This document shows, one piece after another, positions 1 to 9,487 of a stretch of 64,000 nucleotides of DNA. The stretch is from the NCBI GenBank assembly GCA_045658965.1, contig JAZOVZ010000050.1, positions 1,824 to 65,823 of the forward strand, written 5' to 3'. The position numbers were made by a program, and so were the translations under genes. The stretch is from Eubacteriales bacterium. Its GTDB lineage: Bacteria > Bacillota > Clostridia > Oscillospirales > CAG-272. The notes below the pieces were generated by a model, which was not told the DNA's origin, ran no database searches, and saw only the letters and a program-made list of their open reading frames with translations. Within the stretch, counting starts at the first letter, position 1. Every line of letters begins with the position of its first letter.

Positions 1-264
1 AGCGTGCTCAACGAAAAGTACGCACGCGACCCGCGCCCCATCGGCGTGACCTGCGATTGCCCCACCTGCCAGAATTACAGCCGTTCCTATATCCGCCATC
101 TGATCAAGGCAAAGGAATCGCTTGGCATGCGTCTTGCCGTGCAGCACAACCTGTATTTCTACAATCAGCTGACGCGTCGCATCCGCGAGGCTCTGGACGA
201 GGGCAGATTTGAGGAATTTTATCAGAGATATCATATTGCCCTTGGCGAAAGGAATCCCGACTGA
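1..264 (+). CDS. tgt: queuine tRNA-ribosyltransferase (Tgt), C-terminal fragment; 5' end outside window
   Basis: The ORF is open to the window start. The translation has the Tgt zinc-site pattern CDCPTC...H (CxCxxC...H) and the typical C-terminal helices. Confidence 0.8.
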   Translation, partial: SVLNEKYARDPRPIGVTCDCPTCQNYSRSYIRHLIKAKESLGMRLAVQHNLYFYNQLTRRIREALDEGRFEEFYQRYHIALGERNPD

Positions 265-935
265 TGATCAAGGCAGTCATTTTTGATAAGGACGGCACGC
301 TGCACGATACCGAAAAGGTATACCACCGTGCATGGCGCGCGGCGGCAGAGCAGACCGGTGTGCCCAATATTATGGAGTTTGTCTCTCTTTGCACGGGCAC
401 CAACGCGCATCAAACCGCAGTTTTGTGGCAGGATTTTTATGGCGATGCCTATGACTTTCCGTCCTTTTGGGCATTGCGCGATCAGCTTTACGATGCGATC
501 ATTGAAAGCGAGGGCTTGCCTATCAAGCAAGGCGCGTACGAGCTGCTTGACTATCTGCAGGCAAACGGCATCAAAATCGGACTTGCCACCTCTACCAACG
601 CAGAGAGAGTCAACAGACATCTCGAGCTTTCGGATATGAAAAAATACTTTGATACCGTGGTTACGGGGGACACCGTGCCAAACGGCAAGCCTGCGCCCGA
701 TATCTTTCTGCGCGCCGCAGAACGCTTGGGTATTGCTCCCGCTGATTGCATGGGCGTGGAGGACTCCTTCAACGGCGTGCGTGCGGTACATGCTGCGGGC
801 ATGTATACGATCATGGTGCCCGATATGATCGCACCGACTGCTGAAATTTTGGGGCTGTGCGACGCATGCCCTCAAACGCTGACTGACATTATTACCATCA
901 TAGAAAATATGAAAGGAAGCAAGAATCATGATTGA
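264..935 (+). CDS. HAD-superfamily hydrolase (beta-phosphoglucomutase/phosphatase-like, subfamily IA)
   Basis: The N-terminus MIKAVIFDKDGTLHDTE contains the DxDGT motif I, and a later GVEDS motif is present. The start overlaps the tgt stop (TGATG). Confidence 0.8.
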   Translation: MIKAVIFDKDGTLHDTEKVYHRAWRAAAEQTGVPNIMEFVSLCTGTNAHQTAVLWQDFYGDAYDFPSFWALRDQLYDAIIESEGLPIKQGAYELLDYLQANGIKIGLATSTNAERVNRHLELSDMKKYFDTVVTGDTVPNGKPAPDIFLRAAERLGIAPADCMGVEDSFNGVRAVHAAGMYTIMVPDMIAPTAEILGLCDACPQTLTDIITIIENMKGSKNHD

Positions 936-2307
936 CAAAAGACTTGCCGAGGAGATCCTCGGTATTGCGCTCTCGGGTGGCGGCGATTTTGCCGAGATCT
1001 ACCAGGAGCTGACCAAGAATGGCAACGTCCGTCTGCTGGACGGTAAGATCGAAGCCATTGGCGATAACGTGCTGTCCGGTGTGGGTATCCGTACCTTTAT
1101 CGGTACGCAGACCGTATACGCCACCACCACCGACATTACAAGAGAAGGACTCATCCGCTGCGCAAAGAGTGTTGCAGAAGCTGTCGGCGAGATCAAGGGT
1201 GCTGTATCCGTGCACCTTTGCGAGCGTATTTTCCCCAATATTCACCCCGTGACACAAGTGCCCGCAACGGCTGACATGAAGTATAAGATCGATCTGCTCA
1301 AATCCGCTTGCACCACCGCAAAGGATTACCACGAGAGCATCGTGCAGGTGGGCGGAACGCTCTTGACCGTGGATCACTCCATCCTGGTTGCCAACTCCGA
1401 GGGACTGTATACCACCGACAGACACATCCGTACCCGTATGGCGGTCAACGCGGTTGCCTCCAACGGCAAGGAAAACCAGTCCGGCTCCTGCTCGCCCGGT
1501 CGCGGCATGGGTCTTGAAGTGTTTGACTTGTTCCGCCCCGAGGACATCGGACGCGAAGCGGCAAGACAGGCTGTAGTGAACCTCAACGCTTCTTACTGCA
1601 AGGCAGGCAAGATGACGGTTGCCATTGAAAACGGCTTTGGCGGCGTTATTTTCCACGAGGCTTGCGGACACTCTCTTGAGGCTACCTCGGTTGCCATCGG
1701 CGCGTCTCAGATGGCAGGTAAGCTGGGTCAGATGATCGCAAATCCCAAGGTCACCGCCATCGACGACGGTACCATCCCGAACGCATGGGGCTCTGTCAAC
1801 ATTGACGACGAGGGTAACCCCACCCAGCGCAACGTGCTGATCGAGAACGGCGTGCTCAAGAGCTACATGATCGACCGCCTCGGCTCTCGCCGTATGGGTC
1901 TGCCCATGACGGGTAACAGCCGCAGACAGGGATACGAATACGAGCCCACCAGCCGTATGACCAACACCTTTATCGATAACGGTCCCGATAAGAACGAGGA
2001 CATCATTGCCTCCATTGAGTACGGACTTTACTGCAAGCACATGGGCGGCGGCTCGGTCAATCCCTTGACCGGCGCGTTCAACTTCGCGGTGCGCGAGGGC
2101 TACATCGTACGCAACGGCAAGATCTGTGAAGCCGTGCGCGGTGCTTCGCTGATCGGTACCGGCTCGCAGATCCTCAAGGATATCGATATGGTCGGTCAGA
2201 ACCTTGCCACGGGTCAGGGTATGTGCGGCTCGTCGAGCGGCAGCGTTCCCACCGACGTAGGCCAGCCTCTCATCCGTGTATCCGAGATCACGGTCGGCGG
2301 CAGATGA
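928..2307 (+). CDS. tldD: TldD-family metallopeptidase
   Basis: The 459-aa product has the HEACGH zinc motif and the GGGSV/glycine-rich C-terminus typical of TldD. It is paired with a PmbA-like gene. Confidence 0.85.
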   Translation: MIDKRLAEEILGIALSGGGDFAEIYQELTKNGNVRLLDGKIEAIGDNVLSGVGIRTFIGTQTVYATTTDITREGLIRCAKSVAEAVGEIKGAVSVHLCERIFPNIHPVTQVPATADMKYKIDLLKSACTTAKDYHESIVQVGGTLLTVDHSILVANSEGLYTTDRHIRTRMAVNAVASNGKENQSGSCSPGRGMGLEVFDLFRPEDIGREAARQAVVNLNASYCKAGKMTVAIENGFGGVIFHEACGHSLEATSVAIGASQMAGKLGQMIANPKVTAIDDGTIPNAWGSVNIDDEGNPTQRNVLIENGVLKSYMIDRLGSRRMGLPMTGNSRRQGYEYEPTSRMTNTFIDNGPDKNEDIIASIEYGLYCKHMGGGSVNPLTGAFNFAVREGYIVRNGKICEAVRGASLIGTGSQILKDIDMVGQNLATGQGMCGSSSGSVPTDVGQPLIRVSEITVGGR

Positions 2308-2320
2308 TAGGAGGTACGAA

Positions 2321-3664
2321 ATGGAACTGACAAGAGCAAAACAGATCATCTTCGACGCAGCCCGTGCTGCAGGTCTTGAAGAATATGAGATTTACTATAT
2401 GAACGGTGCAAGCCTTTCCGCAGAGGCACTCAAGGACTCCTTGAGCAGCTTTGCCTGCAGCGAGGGCGGCGGCATCAGCCTGCGTTGCATTGTGGACGGC
2501 AAGATGGGATACGCATCCACCGAGCTGTTCACCGAAGCAGAGCTTGCCGATCTTGTGCGCCGCGCTTGCGATAACGCACGCTATATTGAAAAGGAAGATA
2601 CCGCGCCCATTTTTGCGGGCTCGGAAAGCTATGCAACGCTCAATCTGCCCGAGCACACGCCCCTGAGCGCTGCAGAGGCAAAGACTATGACGCTGGATAT
2701 GCAAAAGCAGATCTATGCTGCAAGCGAGGCTGTCACCGATGGCACGCAGGCGGCTTGCATTACGTCTTCCACCGAGATCTATCTCTGCAACTCGCACGGG
2801 CTGGAGCTTTCCAACCGCGTCGGTCTTTCGGGTATTTACGCAATGCCCATTATCAAGGTAGGCGAGGAGAGCGCGGATGCCTTTGAGTTTGCGCTTTGCT
2901 CGGATACCGAAAAGATTGCAACGCTTGCAAAGGCTGCAACCGATAAGGCACTTGCCAAGATCGGTGCGGGCAGCGTGGCGTCCGGAAAGCACAATATCGT
3001 ATTTGCAGGCAGCCAGATGCGTTCGATCCTCTCGGTATTCGCAAGCGCATTTTCCGCAAAGAATGCGCAGTTGGGTCTTTCCTTACTTGCAGGTAAGGAA
3101 GGGCAGCAGATTGCGGCAGAATGCGTCAGCATCGTGGACGATCCCATGAGAGAGGGCTCGCCCATGCAGACACACTTTGACGGTGAGGGCGTTGCTACCT
3201 ATAAGAAGAACGTAGTCGAGAACGGCGTGCTGACCACGCTGCTCTACGACCTGACCACCGCTGCAAAGGCAGGCGTGGCGTCTACCGGTAACGGCAAGCG
3301 CGGCTCGTACGCGTCCACCGTGGAGGTCGCTCCCTTTAACTTTGGCCTCTGCCCCGGCAGCATGACCGAGGACGAGCTGCTTGCCAAGGCGCAAAACGGC
3401 ATTTACGTCACCGCGCTCAAGGGCTTGCACGCAGGTGCTGACGCTACCACGGGCGACTTCTCGATCGAGAGCGAGGGCTTTTTGATCGAAAACGGTAAAA
3501 AGACCTCCTACGTGCGCTCCTTTACCGTTGCAGGCAACTTCTTTGAGCTGCTTAAGAGCATTGACAGCCTGTCCGATACCGTCGAATGGGGGATTCCCGG
3601 CGGCTTTACTGCCTTCGGCGCACCCGCAGTTCTGGTACGCGATATGAGCGTTGCCGGTAAATAA
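2321..3664 (+). CDS. pmbA: PmbA/TldE-family peptidase partner
   Basis: The ORF track starts at 2276, but ATG 2321 (MELTRAKQII..) follows the SD taggagg. The product is a TldD/PmbA-fold protein lacking the HExxxH motif. Confidence 0.8.
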   Translation: MELTRAKQIIFDAARAAGLEEYEIYYMNGASLSAEALKDSLSSFACSEGGGISLRCIVDGKMGYASTELFTEAELADLVRRACDNARYIEKEDTAPIFAGSESYATLNLPEHTPLSAAEAKTMTLDMQKQIYAASEAVTDGTQAACITSSTEIYLCNSHGLELSNRVGLSGIYAMPIIKVGEESADAFEFALCSDTEKIATLAKAATDKALAKIGAGSVASGKHNIVFAGSQMRSILSVFASAFSAKNAQLGLSLLAGKEGQQIAAECVSIVDDPMREGSPMQTHFDGEGVATYKKNVVENGVLTTLLYDLTTAAKAGVASTGNGKRGSYASTVEVAPFNFGLCPGSMTEDELLAKAQNGIYVTALKGLHAGADATTGDFSIESEGFLIENGKKTSYVRSFTVAGNFFELLKSIDSLSDTVEWGIPGGFTAFGAPAVLVRDMSVAGK

Positions 3665-3682
3665 TCGGGAATAAATGAAATT

Positions 3683-3719
3683 ACGCTGCGCGTGTGTATG
3701 CACGCGCGGCGTCTTTTTT
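3683..3719 (+). terminator. rho-independent terminator after pmbA
   Basis: A 12-bp GC-rich stem (acgctgcgcgtg/cacgcgcggcgt) is followed by cttttttat. Confidence 0.8.
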
Positions 3720-3750
3720 ATGCTTTTTATTAGAAAAATTGCAATTCCTC

Positions 3751-3779
3751 TTGACAAAAACTGCATTTTTGTATATAAT
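3751..3779 (+). promoter_or_regulatory. sigma-A-type promoter for rny
   Basis: TTGACA, a 17-nt spacer, then TATAAT. Confidence 0.7.
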
Positions 3780-3880
3780 AATAATAAGTATTGTAAACTG
3801 CATGAAGTGTTTTTTGCTATACTGACATACAACGAAAATGAAATGAAACAGAAAAAACAGAAAAGGAGGTGCACAAGAAA

Positions 3881-5440
3881 ATGCCATGGACTAACCCCAT
3901 TTTTTGGGTTTGCATTGCTGCTGTTGCCCTTGTCGGCATCGGTATCGGTACGCTGATCGGTGTTCTGTACCGCAAAAAGGTAGCAGAGAGATTGATCGGC
4001 TCTGCTGAGCAAAAGGCGAAGGTCATCGTCGAGGAAGGCGAAAAGCAGGCAGCTTCGGCACAGAAAGAGGCTATGCTCTCTGCCAAGGAAGACATTATGC
4101 GTCAGCGTAACGACTTCGAGAGAGAGATGAAGGAGCGCAGAAACGAAGTTTCCAGAACCGAGTCCCGTCTTGCCAAGAAGGAAGAAACGCTTGAAAAGAA
4201 GACTGAGCAGGTTGAACATAAGAGCGAGCAGCTTGATAAGAAGATCAAGGAAAATGAGCAGTTCCGCGAGCTCATCGCCGAGCAGCTCAAAATGCAAATG
4301 AACAAATTGGAAACCATTGCAGGCTATTCCGCAGAGCAAGCCAAGGAAGAATTGGTTGCCCGCGTGGAAAACGAGGCGAAGGAAGAAATTGCCAGACGCC
4401 TTGAAGAGCTTGAAGCACAGTACAAGGAGGATGCCGAGGAAAAGGCTCGCGACATCATCACACTTGCCATTCAGCGTTATGCATCCGATCAGGTTGCAGA
4501 GGTTACCATCTCCACCGTCGCGCTCCCCAATGACGATATGAAGGGACGCATCATCGGTAGAGAGGGCAGAAACATTCAGCAGCTGGAAAAGCTGACCGGC
4601 GTTGAGCTGATCGTGGACGATACCCCCGAGACCATCATTCTTTCGGGCTTTGATCCCGTTCGCCGCGAGGTAGCAAGACTTGCACTTGAAAAACTGATCT
4701 CCGACGGTCGTATCCATCCTACCCGTATTGAGGAAATGGTGGAAAAGGCTAAAAGAGAGGTCGACACCGCCGTCAAGCAGGCGGGTGAACGCGCGATCTA
4801 TGAGGTTGGCGTTCGCAATCTGAACCCCGAGCTTGTCAGACTTTTAGGTAGACTTCGCTACAGAACCAGTTACGGACAGAACGTACTCAAGCACTCCATC
4901 GAGGTTGCATTCCTTGCAGGCGTGATGGCAGAGGAGCTGGGCGTGGATGCAACGCTTGCACGCCGCGCAGGTCTGCTTCATGATATCGGTAAGGCATTCC
5001 CGCAGGACGTGGAAGGTACGCACGTACAGATCGGTGTGAACGCACTCAAGAAGTACAAGGAAAACCGCGAAGTTGTACATGCTGTTGAGGCACACCACAA
5101 CGACGTTGAGCCCAAGACCGTGATCGCTTTCCTGGTACAGGCAGCTGACGCTATTTCGGCAGCAAGACCCGGTGCCCGCAGAGAGGACATGGAAAACTAC
5201 ATCAAGCGCCTTGAAAAGATCGAAGAGATTGCAAAGTCCTTCGGCGGCGTTGATAAGGCGTACGCAATCCAGGCAGGCCGTGAGATCCGCGTCATGGTCA
5301 ACCCCGACACCGTCAATGACGAGAATATGAAGGTGGTTGCAAGACAGATGGCTGAAAAGATCCAGAGCGAGGTACAGTACCCCGGTCAGATCAAGATCAA
5401 CATTATCCGCGAAAGCCGCGTTGTGGATTACGCAAAGTAA
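3881..5440 (+). CDS. rny: ribonuclease Y
   Basis: The product has an N-terminal TM helix, a long coiled coil, a KH domain ([12 protein letters not shown]) and an HD domain (LLHDIGK). ATG 3881 is better spaced from the SD aaaggagg than GTG 3869. Confidence 0.93.
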   Translation: MPWTNPIFWVCIAAVALVGIGIGTLIGVLYRKKVAERLIGSAEQKAKVIVEEGEKQAASAQKEAMLSAKEDIMRQRNDFEREMKERRNEVSRTESRLAKKEETLEKKTEQVEHKSEQLDKKIKENEQFRELIAEQLKMQMNKLETIAGYSAEQAKEELVARVENEAKEEIARRLEELEAQYKEDAEEKARDIITLAIQRYASDQVAEVTISTVALPNDDMKGRIIGREGRNIQQLEKLTGVELIVDDTPETIILSGFDPVRREVARLALEKLISDGRIHPTRIEEMVEKAKREVDTAVKQAGERAIYEVGVRNLNPELVRLLGRLRYRTSYGQNVLKHSIEVAFLAGVMAEELGVDATLARRAGLLHDIGKAFPQDVEGTHVQIGVNALKKYKENREVVHAVEAHHNDVEPKTVIAFLVQAADAISAARPGARREDMENYIKRLEKIEEIAKSFGGVDKAYAIQAGREIRVMVNPDTVNDENMKVVARQMAEKIQSEVQYPGQIKINIIRESRVVDYAK

Positions 5441-5564
5441 ATCGCACTCAAAAATATTGCATAACGATTGCCCATAAGGGATTTTCATAGAGTTTATATA
5501 AAATTCCATAGCAGACAATCAGCGCGTCATGCGTTGCATAAATATATTTTGATGAGAAACGAGC

Positions 5565-5597
5565 AAAGCCGTCACCACTATGGTGACGGCTTTGTTA
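5565..5597 (+). terminator. rho-independent terminator after rny
   Basis: The stem aaagccgtcacc/ggtgacggcttt is followed by a T-rich tract. Confidence 0.65.
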
Positions 5598-5693
5598 TTG
5601 TCAACGATATAAACAAAATGTAGAAATATAAACAACAATTACATAAAATAAAGAAAAGTCGCGAAAAATCCTGCAAGCGGTTTGCATTAACGC

Positions 5694-5722
5694 TTGACAA
5701 GCGTATATAATTATGGTAAAAT
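5694..5722 (+). promoter_or_regulatory. sigma-A-type promoter for glyQS (extended -10)
   Basis: TTGACA, a 17-nt spacer, then TGgTAAAAT. Confidence 0.65.
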
Positions 5723-5776
5723 AAAGTATTATCATGGGAAATTATGGGGGTCATTTGCTCCCGACGGAGGTATAAT

Positions 5777-7174
5777 ATGAATAACACCGAAAAAACAATG
5801 GACAAAATCGTTGCCCTGTGTAAGAACAGAGGCTTTATCTATCCCGGCTCCGAGATCTACGGCGGTCTTGCAAACTCTTGGGACTACGGTCCTTTGGGCG
5901 TTGAGTTCAAGAACAACGTCAAGAAGGCTTGGTGGAAGAAGTTCGTGCAGGAATCCCGCTATAACGTGGGCCTTGACAGCGCGATCATCATGAACCCCCA
6001 GACCTGGGTTGCATCCGGTCACTTGGGCGGTTTCTCTGACCCGCTGATGGACTGCAAGGTCTGCCGTGCACGTCACAGAGCAGATAAGCTGATCGAGGAT
6101 TACGCATTCCAGAACGGCCTTGAGGACAATCCCGCAGGCTGGTCCGATGACGAAATGATGGCTTACATCAAGGAAAAGCACATCTGCTGCCCCGATTGCG
6201 GCTCGGGTGACTTTACCAATATCCGTAAGTTCAATCTGATGTTCAAGACCTTCATCGGCGTTACCGAGGAGTCTACCAACACCGTTTATCTGCGTCCCGA
6301 GACCGCACAGGGTATCTTTGTGCAGTTCAAGAACGTAGCGCGCTCGGGCAGAAAGAAGATGCCCTTCGGCGTAGGTCAGATCGGTAAGTCCTTCCGTAAC
6401 GAGATCACGCCCGGTAACTTCGTGTTCCGTACCCGTGAGTTTGAGCAGATGGAGCTGGAGTTCTTCTGCAAGCCCGGTACCGACCTTGAGTGGTTCCAGT
6501 ACTGGAGATCTTACTGCGAGAACTGGCTGATCAACCTTGGCATGAAAAAAGAAAATATGCGTCTGCGTGACCACAGTGCAGAGGAGCTGTGCTTCTATTC
6601 CAAGGGCACGACCGACATCGAGTTCCTGTTCCCGTTCGGTTGGGGCGAGCTGTGGGGTATTGCCGACAGAACCGATTATGACCTGACCCAGCACCAGAAC
6701 GTTTCGGGCGAGAGCATGGAGTATTTTGACCCCGAGACCAACGAAAAGTATATTCCTTACGTCATCGAGCCCTCCTTGGGTGCTGACCGCGTAGCGCTTG
6801 CATTCCTTTGCGACGCTTACGACGAAGAGATCGTTGACCCTGCAAAGAACGACGTGCGCGTGGTACTGCACCTGCATCCCGCTCTTGCACCTGTTAAGGT
6901 TGCTGTGCTGCCTCTGTCCAAGAAGCTGTCCGAAAAGGCAGGCGAGGTATTTGACGAGCTGGCTAAGTACTATAACTGCGAATTTGACGAGACCGGTTCT
7001 ATCGGTAAGCGTTACCGCCGTCAGGATGAGATCGGTACGCCTCTTTGCGTCACCTACGACTTTGAGTCCGAGACTGACGGCTGCGTGACCGTTCGTGACA
7101 GAGATACCATGGAGCAGGTTCGTCTGCCCATCTCCGAGCTTAAGAGCTATATCGACAAGGTGGTTGAGTTCTAA
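5777..7174 (+). CDS. glyQS: glycine--tRNA ligase (alpha2 type)
   Basis: The translation starts [31 protein letters not shown]... and shows class II aaRS motifs. ATG 5777 follows the SD ggagg. Confidence 0.93.
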   Translation: MNNTEKTMDKIVALCKNRGFIYPGSEIYGGLANSWDYGPLGVEFKNNVKKAWWKKFVQESRYNVGLDSAIIMNPQTWVASGHLGGFSDPLMDCKVCRARHRADKLIEDYAFQNGLEDNPAGWSDDEMMAYIKEKHICCPDCGSGDFTNIRKFNLMFKTFIGVTEESTNTVYLRPETAQGIFVQFKNVARSGRKKMPFGVGQIGKSFRNEITPGNFVFRTREFEQMELEFFCKPGTDLEWFQYWRSYCENWLINLGMKKENMRLRDHSAEELCFYSKGTTDIEFLFPFGWGELWGIADRTDYDLTQHQNVSGESMEYFDPETNEKYIPYVIEPSLGADRVALAFLCDAYDEEIVDPAKNDVRVVLHLHPALAPVKVAVLPLSKKLSEKAGEVFDELAKYYNCEFDETGSIGKRYRRQDEIGTPLCVTYDFESETDGCVTVRDRDTMEQVRLPISELKSYIDKVVEF

Positions 7175-8004
7175 TGGAACAATTTCCTCTTTGGGGAACG
7201 CTGGTGAATACGGGAACCGTCATTTTGGGCTCGCTTTTGGGGCTTTTGATCCATTTGATCTCCAAAAAAGGTAAACTGAAAAGCCAGAGGTTTTCCGAGG
7301 TGTCTGCCTCGATCATGCGCGGACTTGGTCTTGCGGTGGTCATGGTGGGTATCGGCGGTGCGCTCAAGGGCGTTATTTATGATGCTGTTGGCGACGCTGT
7401 CATCGTGCCGGGCATTCTTGCCGAGGGACTGTACAGCGATAACGCCATCATTACCATTCTTTCCATCGTCATCGGTGTGCTGATCGGCGGCTTGATCGAC
7501 ATTGACCGTTGGGTCAATCTGCTTGGCAAGAAGGTGGAGACCTTATTTAACCGCAACCCCGAGCAAAACGGTGTGCACGTACCCGTGGCGCAGGGTTTTG
7601 TGTCGGCGTCGCTGCTATTCTGCGTGGGCTCTATGACTATCGTAGGCTCGATCCAAAGCGGACTTTCGGGTAATCACGATCTGCTTTACACCAAATCTCT
7701 TTTGGATTTTGTATCCTCCATCGTGCTGTCCTCGACCATGGGCATTGGCGTGCTGCTTTCTTCTGCGTTCGTGCTGGTGTTTCAGGGCGGTATTGCGCTG
7801 GTTGCCAATATCGCGGGGCAGGGGCTCTCTGCAGCCGTGATCGATGCGATGAGCTGCGTCGGATCAGTGCTGATCGTGGGACTTGGCTTGAACGTGATGG
7901 GTATTACAAAACTCAAAATTATGAATTATCTGCCTGCCGTGTTCCTTCCTATTGCGCTTGTGCCGCTGTGGGATTGGATTACGGGATTGATCGCGTTGAT
8001 TTGA
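7174..8004 (+). CDS. DUF554-family polytopic membrane protein (YdfK/YqgA-like)
   Basis: The product is a 276-aa multi-TM protein. Its N-terminus, GTLVNTGTVILGSLLG, is typical of DUF554 (recalled from memory). Confidence 0.6.
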   Translation: MEQFPLWGTLVNTGTVILGSLLGLLIHLISKKGKLKSQRFSEVSASIMRGLGLAVVMVGIGGALKGVIYDAVGDAVIVPGILAEGLYSDNAIITILSIVIGVLIGGLIDIDRWVNLLGKKVETLFNRNPEQNGVHVPVAQGFVSASLLFCVGSMTIVGSIQSGLSGNHDLLYTKSLLDFVSSIVLSSTMGIGVLLSSAFVLVFQGGIALVANIAGQGLSAAVIDAMSCVGSVLIVGLGLNVMGITKLKIMNYLPAVFLPIALVPLWDWITGLIALI

Positions 8005-8046
8005 TACGGATCATCGGGTCGATTCATGAACCGTACCGCATAATCA

Positions 8047-8078
8047 AAACGGCAGAGGCTTGCGTCTCTGCCGTTTTA
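8047..8078 (+). terminator. rho-independent terminator after the DUF554 gene
   Basis: The stem cggcagag/ctctgccg is followed by ttttat. Confidence 0.7.
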
Positions 8079-8112
8079 TGTGTGATGATTCGATTGATAC
8101 TGTATAAAACGC

Positions 8113-8146
8113 AAAAGCACCGTGCCAAAGTGGCACGGTGCTTTTT
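8113..8146. terminator. bidirectional terminator (serves rplL on the minus strand)
   Basis: A 10-bp stem gcaccgtgcc/ggcacggtgc is flanked by an A-run and a T-run. Confidence 0.75.
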
Positions 8147-8196
8147 GCTATCCAAGACAGATTGCAAATGGGTTTGTGTATTTTCCGGAAGGGAAA

Positions 8197-8574
8197 TTAC
8201 TTGATGGTGACGGTAGCACCTGCAGCGGAAAGCTGCTCCTTGATCTTCTCTGCGTCGTCCTTGGAAACGCCTTCCTTGAGCATCTTGGGAGCGCCCTCAA
8301 CCAGGTCCTTAGCGTCCTTCAGGCCCAGACCGGTGATCTCGCGAACAACCTTGATAACGTCGAGCTTCTTAGCGCCGAAGCTGGTGAGCTCTACGTCAAA
8401 CTCGGTCTTCTCTTCAACTGCTGCTGCAGCGGGAGCTGCTGCGCCGCCAACTGCTACGGGAGCTGCTGCGGATACGCCAAATTCCTCTTCAACTGCCTTA
8501 ACCAGGTCAGCGAGCTCGAGGATAGTAAGAGTCTTGATTTCTTCAACAATAGCTGTAATCTTTTCGGATGCCAT
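8197..8574 (-). CDS. rplL: 50S ribosomal protein L7/L12
   Basis: The translation reads [34 protein letters not shown]...KDLVEGAPK. Confidence 0.97.
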   Translation of the reverse strand: MASEKITAIVEEIKTLTILELADLVKAVEEEFGVSAAAPVAVGGAAAPAAAAVEEKTEFDVELTSFGAKKLDVIKVVREITGLGLKDAKDLVEGAPKMLKEGVSKDDAEKIKEQLSAAGATVTIK

Positions 8575-8631
8575 GATAAATTACCTCCTGAATTGTGAGT
8601 GTTTTTAATAATTTGTGTGTGATGCAGAAAA

Positions 8632-9165
8632 TTAAGCTTCTGCGGGAGCTTCTGCAGCCTCTTCGCTGCCGCCGTTCTGCTTGTCGATAATAGCCTGCAG
8701 ACCGTAAGCGAAGTTGTACAGAGGGGACTTGATGGAGCCCAGGAACTTTGCGATGAGGACTTCCTTGGAGGGAATCTCTGCGAGTGCGTTTACACCTGCT
8801 GCGTCGATGACGCCGCCGTCAACGTAACCTGCGAGAATCTCGAAGGAGGGGATCTTCTCAGCGTATTCCTTGAGGATCTTTGCTGCGCAAACGGGATCGT
8901 TCTTGCTGATAGCGATAGCGGTCATGCCGTGCAGGTGCTCCTTGATAGCACCGTAGCCTACTTCGTCGCAAGCGCGGCCGGTCAGAGTGTTCTTCATAAC
9001 CACGTACTTAACGCCTGCTTCACGGAGAGCCTTACGCATCTTGGTATCGCTGTCAACGGTGATGCCCTGGTAGTTTACCACTACGCCTGCTGCGGAATCT
9101 TTGATATCAGCAGCGAGTTCAGCAACGATCGTTTTCTTTTGTTCGAGAATTGCATTGCTAGGCAT
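8632..9165 (-). CDS. rplJ: 50S ribosomal protein L10
   Basis: The internal Met at 9165 (MPSNAILEQKK..) follows the SD gggaggtg. The upstream 19 codons of the tracked ORF lie in the leader. Confidence 0.93.
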   Translation of the reverse strand: MPSNAILEQKKTIVAELAADIKDSAAGVVVNYQGITVDSDTKMRKALREAGVKYVVMKNTLTGRACDEVGYGAIKEHLHGMTAIAISKNDPVCAAKILKEYAEKIPSFEILAGYVDGGVIDAAGVNALAEIPSKEVLIAKFLGSIKSPLYNFAYGLQAIIDKQNGGSEEAAEAPAEA

Positions 9166-9350
9166 TTTGTGTTTCACCTCCCAGTGAGAATGAGTGTAAT
9201 AAAAAAATCTTTCTTCCGTCAAAGCATAGCTTCGCGCGAAGAAAGACTCACAGAAAGCGACTATGTCGCGTATTTGTTTGTTCTCTCCTCGGCAGGGAAG
9301 CGTGGCTTTTACGGAAACCTGCTGTCTTTGGATACGTCCTTGTCGGACAC
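9166..9350 (-). promoter_or_regulatory. rplJ 5' leader (candidate L10/L12 autoregulatory leader)
   Basis: An untranslated leader of about 185 nt lies between a strong promoter and rplJ. The position matches known L10 leaders, but the structure was not verified. Confidence 0.45.
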
Positions 9351-9356
9351 CATGAC

Positions 9357-9385
9357 ATTATAGCACGCTTCTGCCGAGTTGTCAA
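9357..9385 (-). promoter_or_regulatory. sigma-A-type promoter for rplJ-rplL
   Basis: On the minus strand: TTGACA, a 17-nt spacer, then TATAAT. Confidence 0.75.
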
Positions 9386-9437
9386 TAGGTTTTTGAAAAA
9401 AAGTCAAAATATTTTTTCTTTTTCAAAAAGCACCATC

Positions 9438-9473
9438 ATAAAAAGGGCGGCATGGGGGATTTCCCATGCCGCC
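9438..9473 (-). terminator. rho-independent terminator after the GH84 gene
   Basis: An 11-bp stem ggcggcatggg/cccatgccgcc is followed by ctttttat on the minus strand. Confidence 0.8.
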
Positions 9474-9487
9474 TGCTGTTTTTTTGC

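Noticed and set aside
8122-8608. Two overlapping plus-strand ORFs of about 156 aa across rplL.
   Set aside because: They are antisense to the unmistakable L7/L12 gene. Their translations are Ser/Ala/Cys-rich low-complexity strings produced by the Ala/Glu/Lys-rich sense frame.
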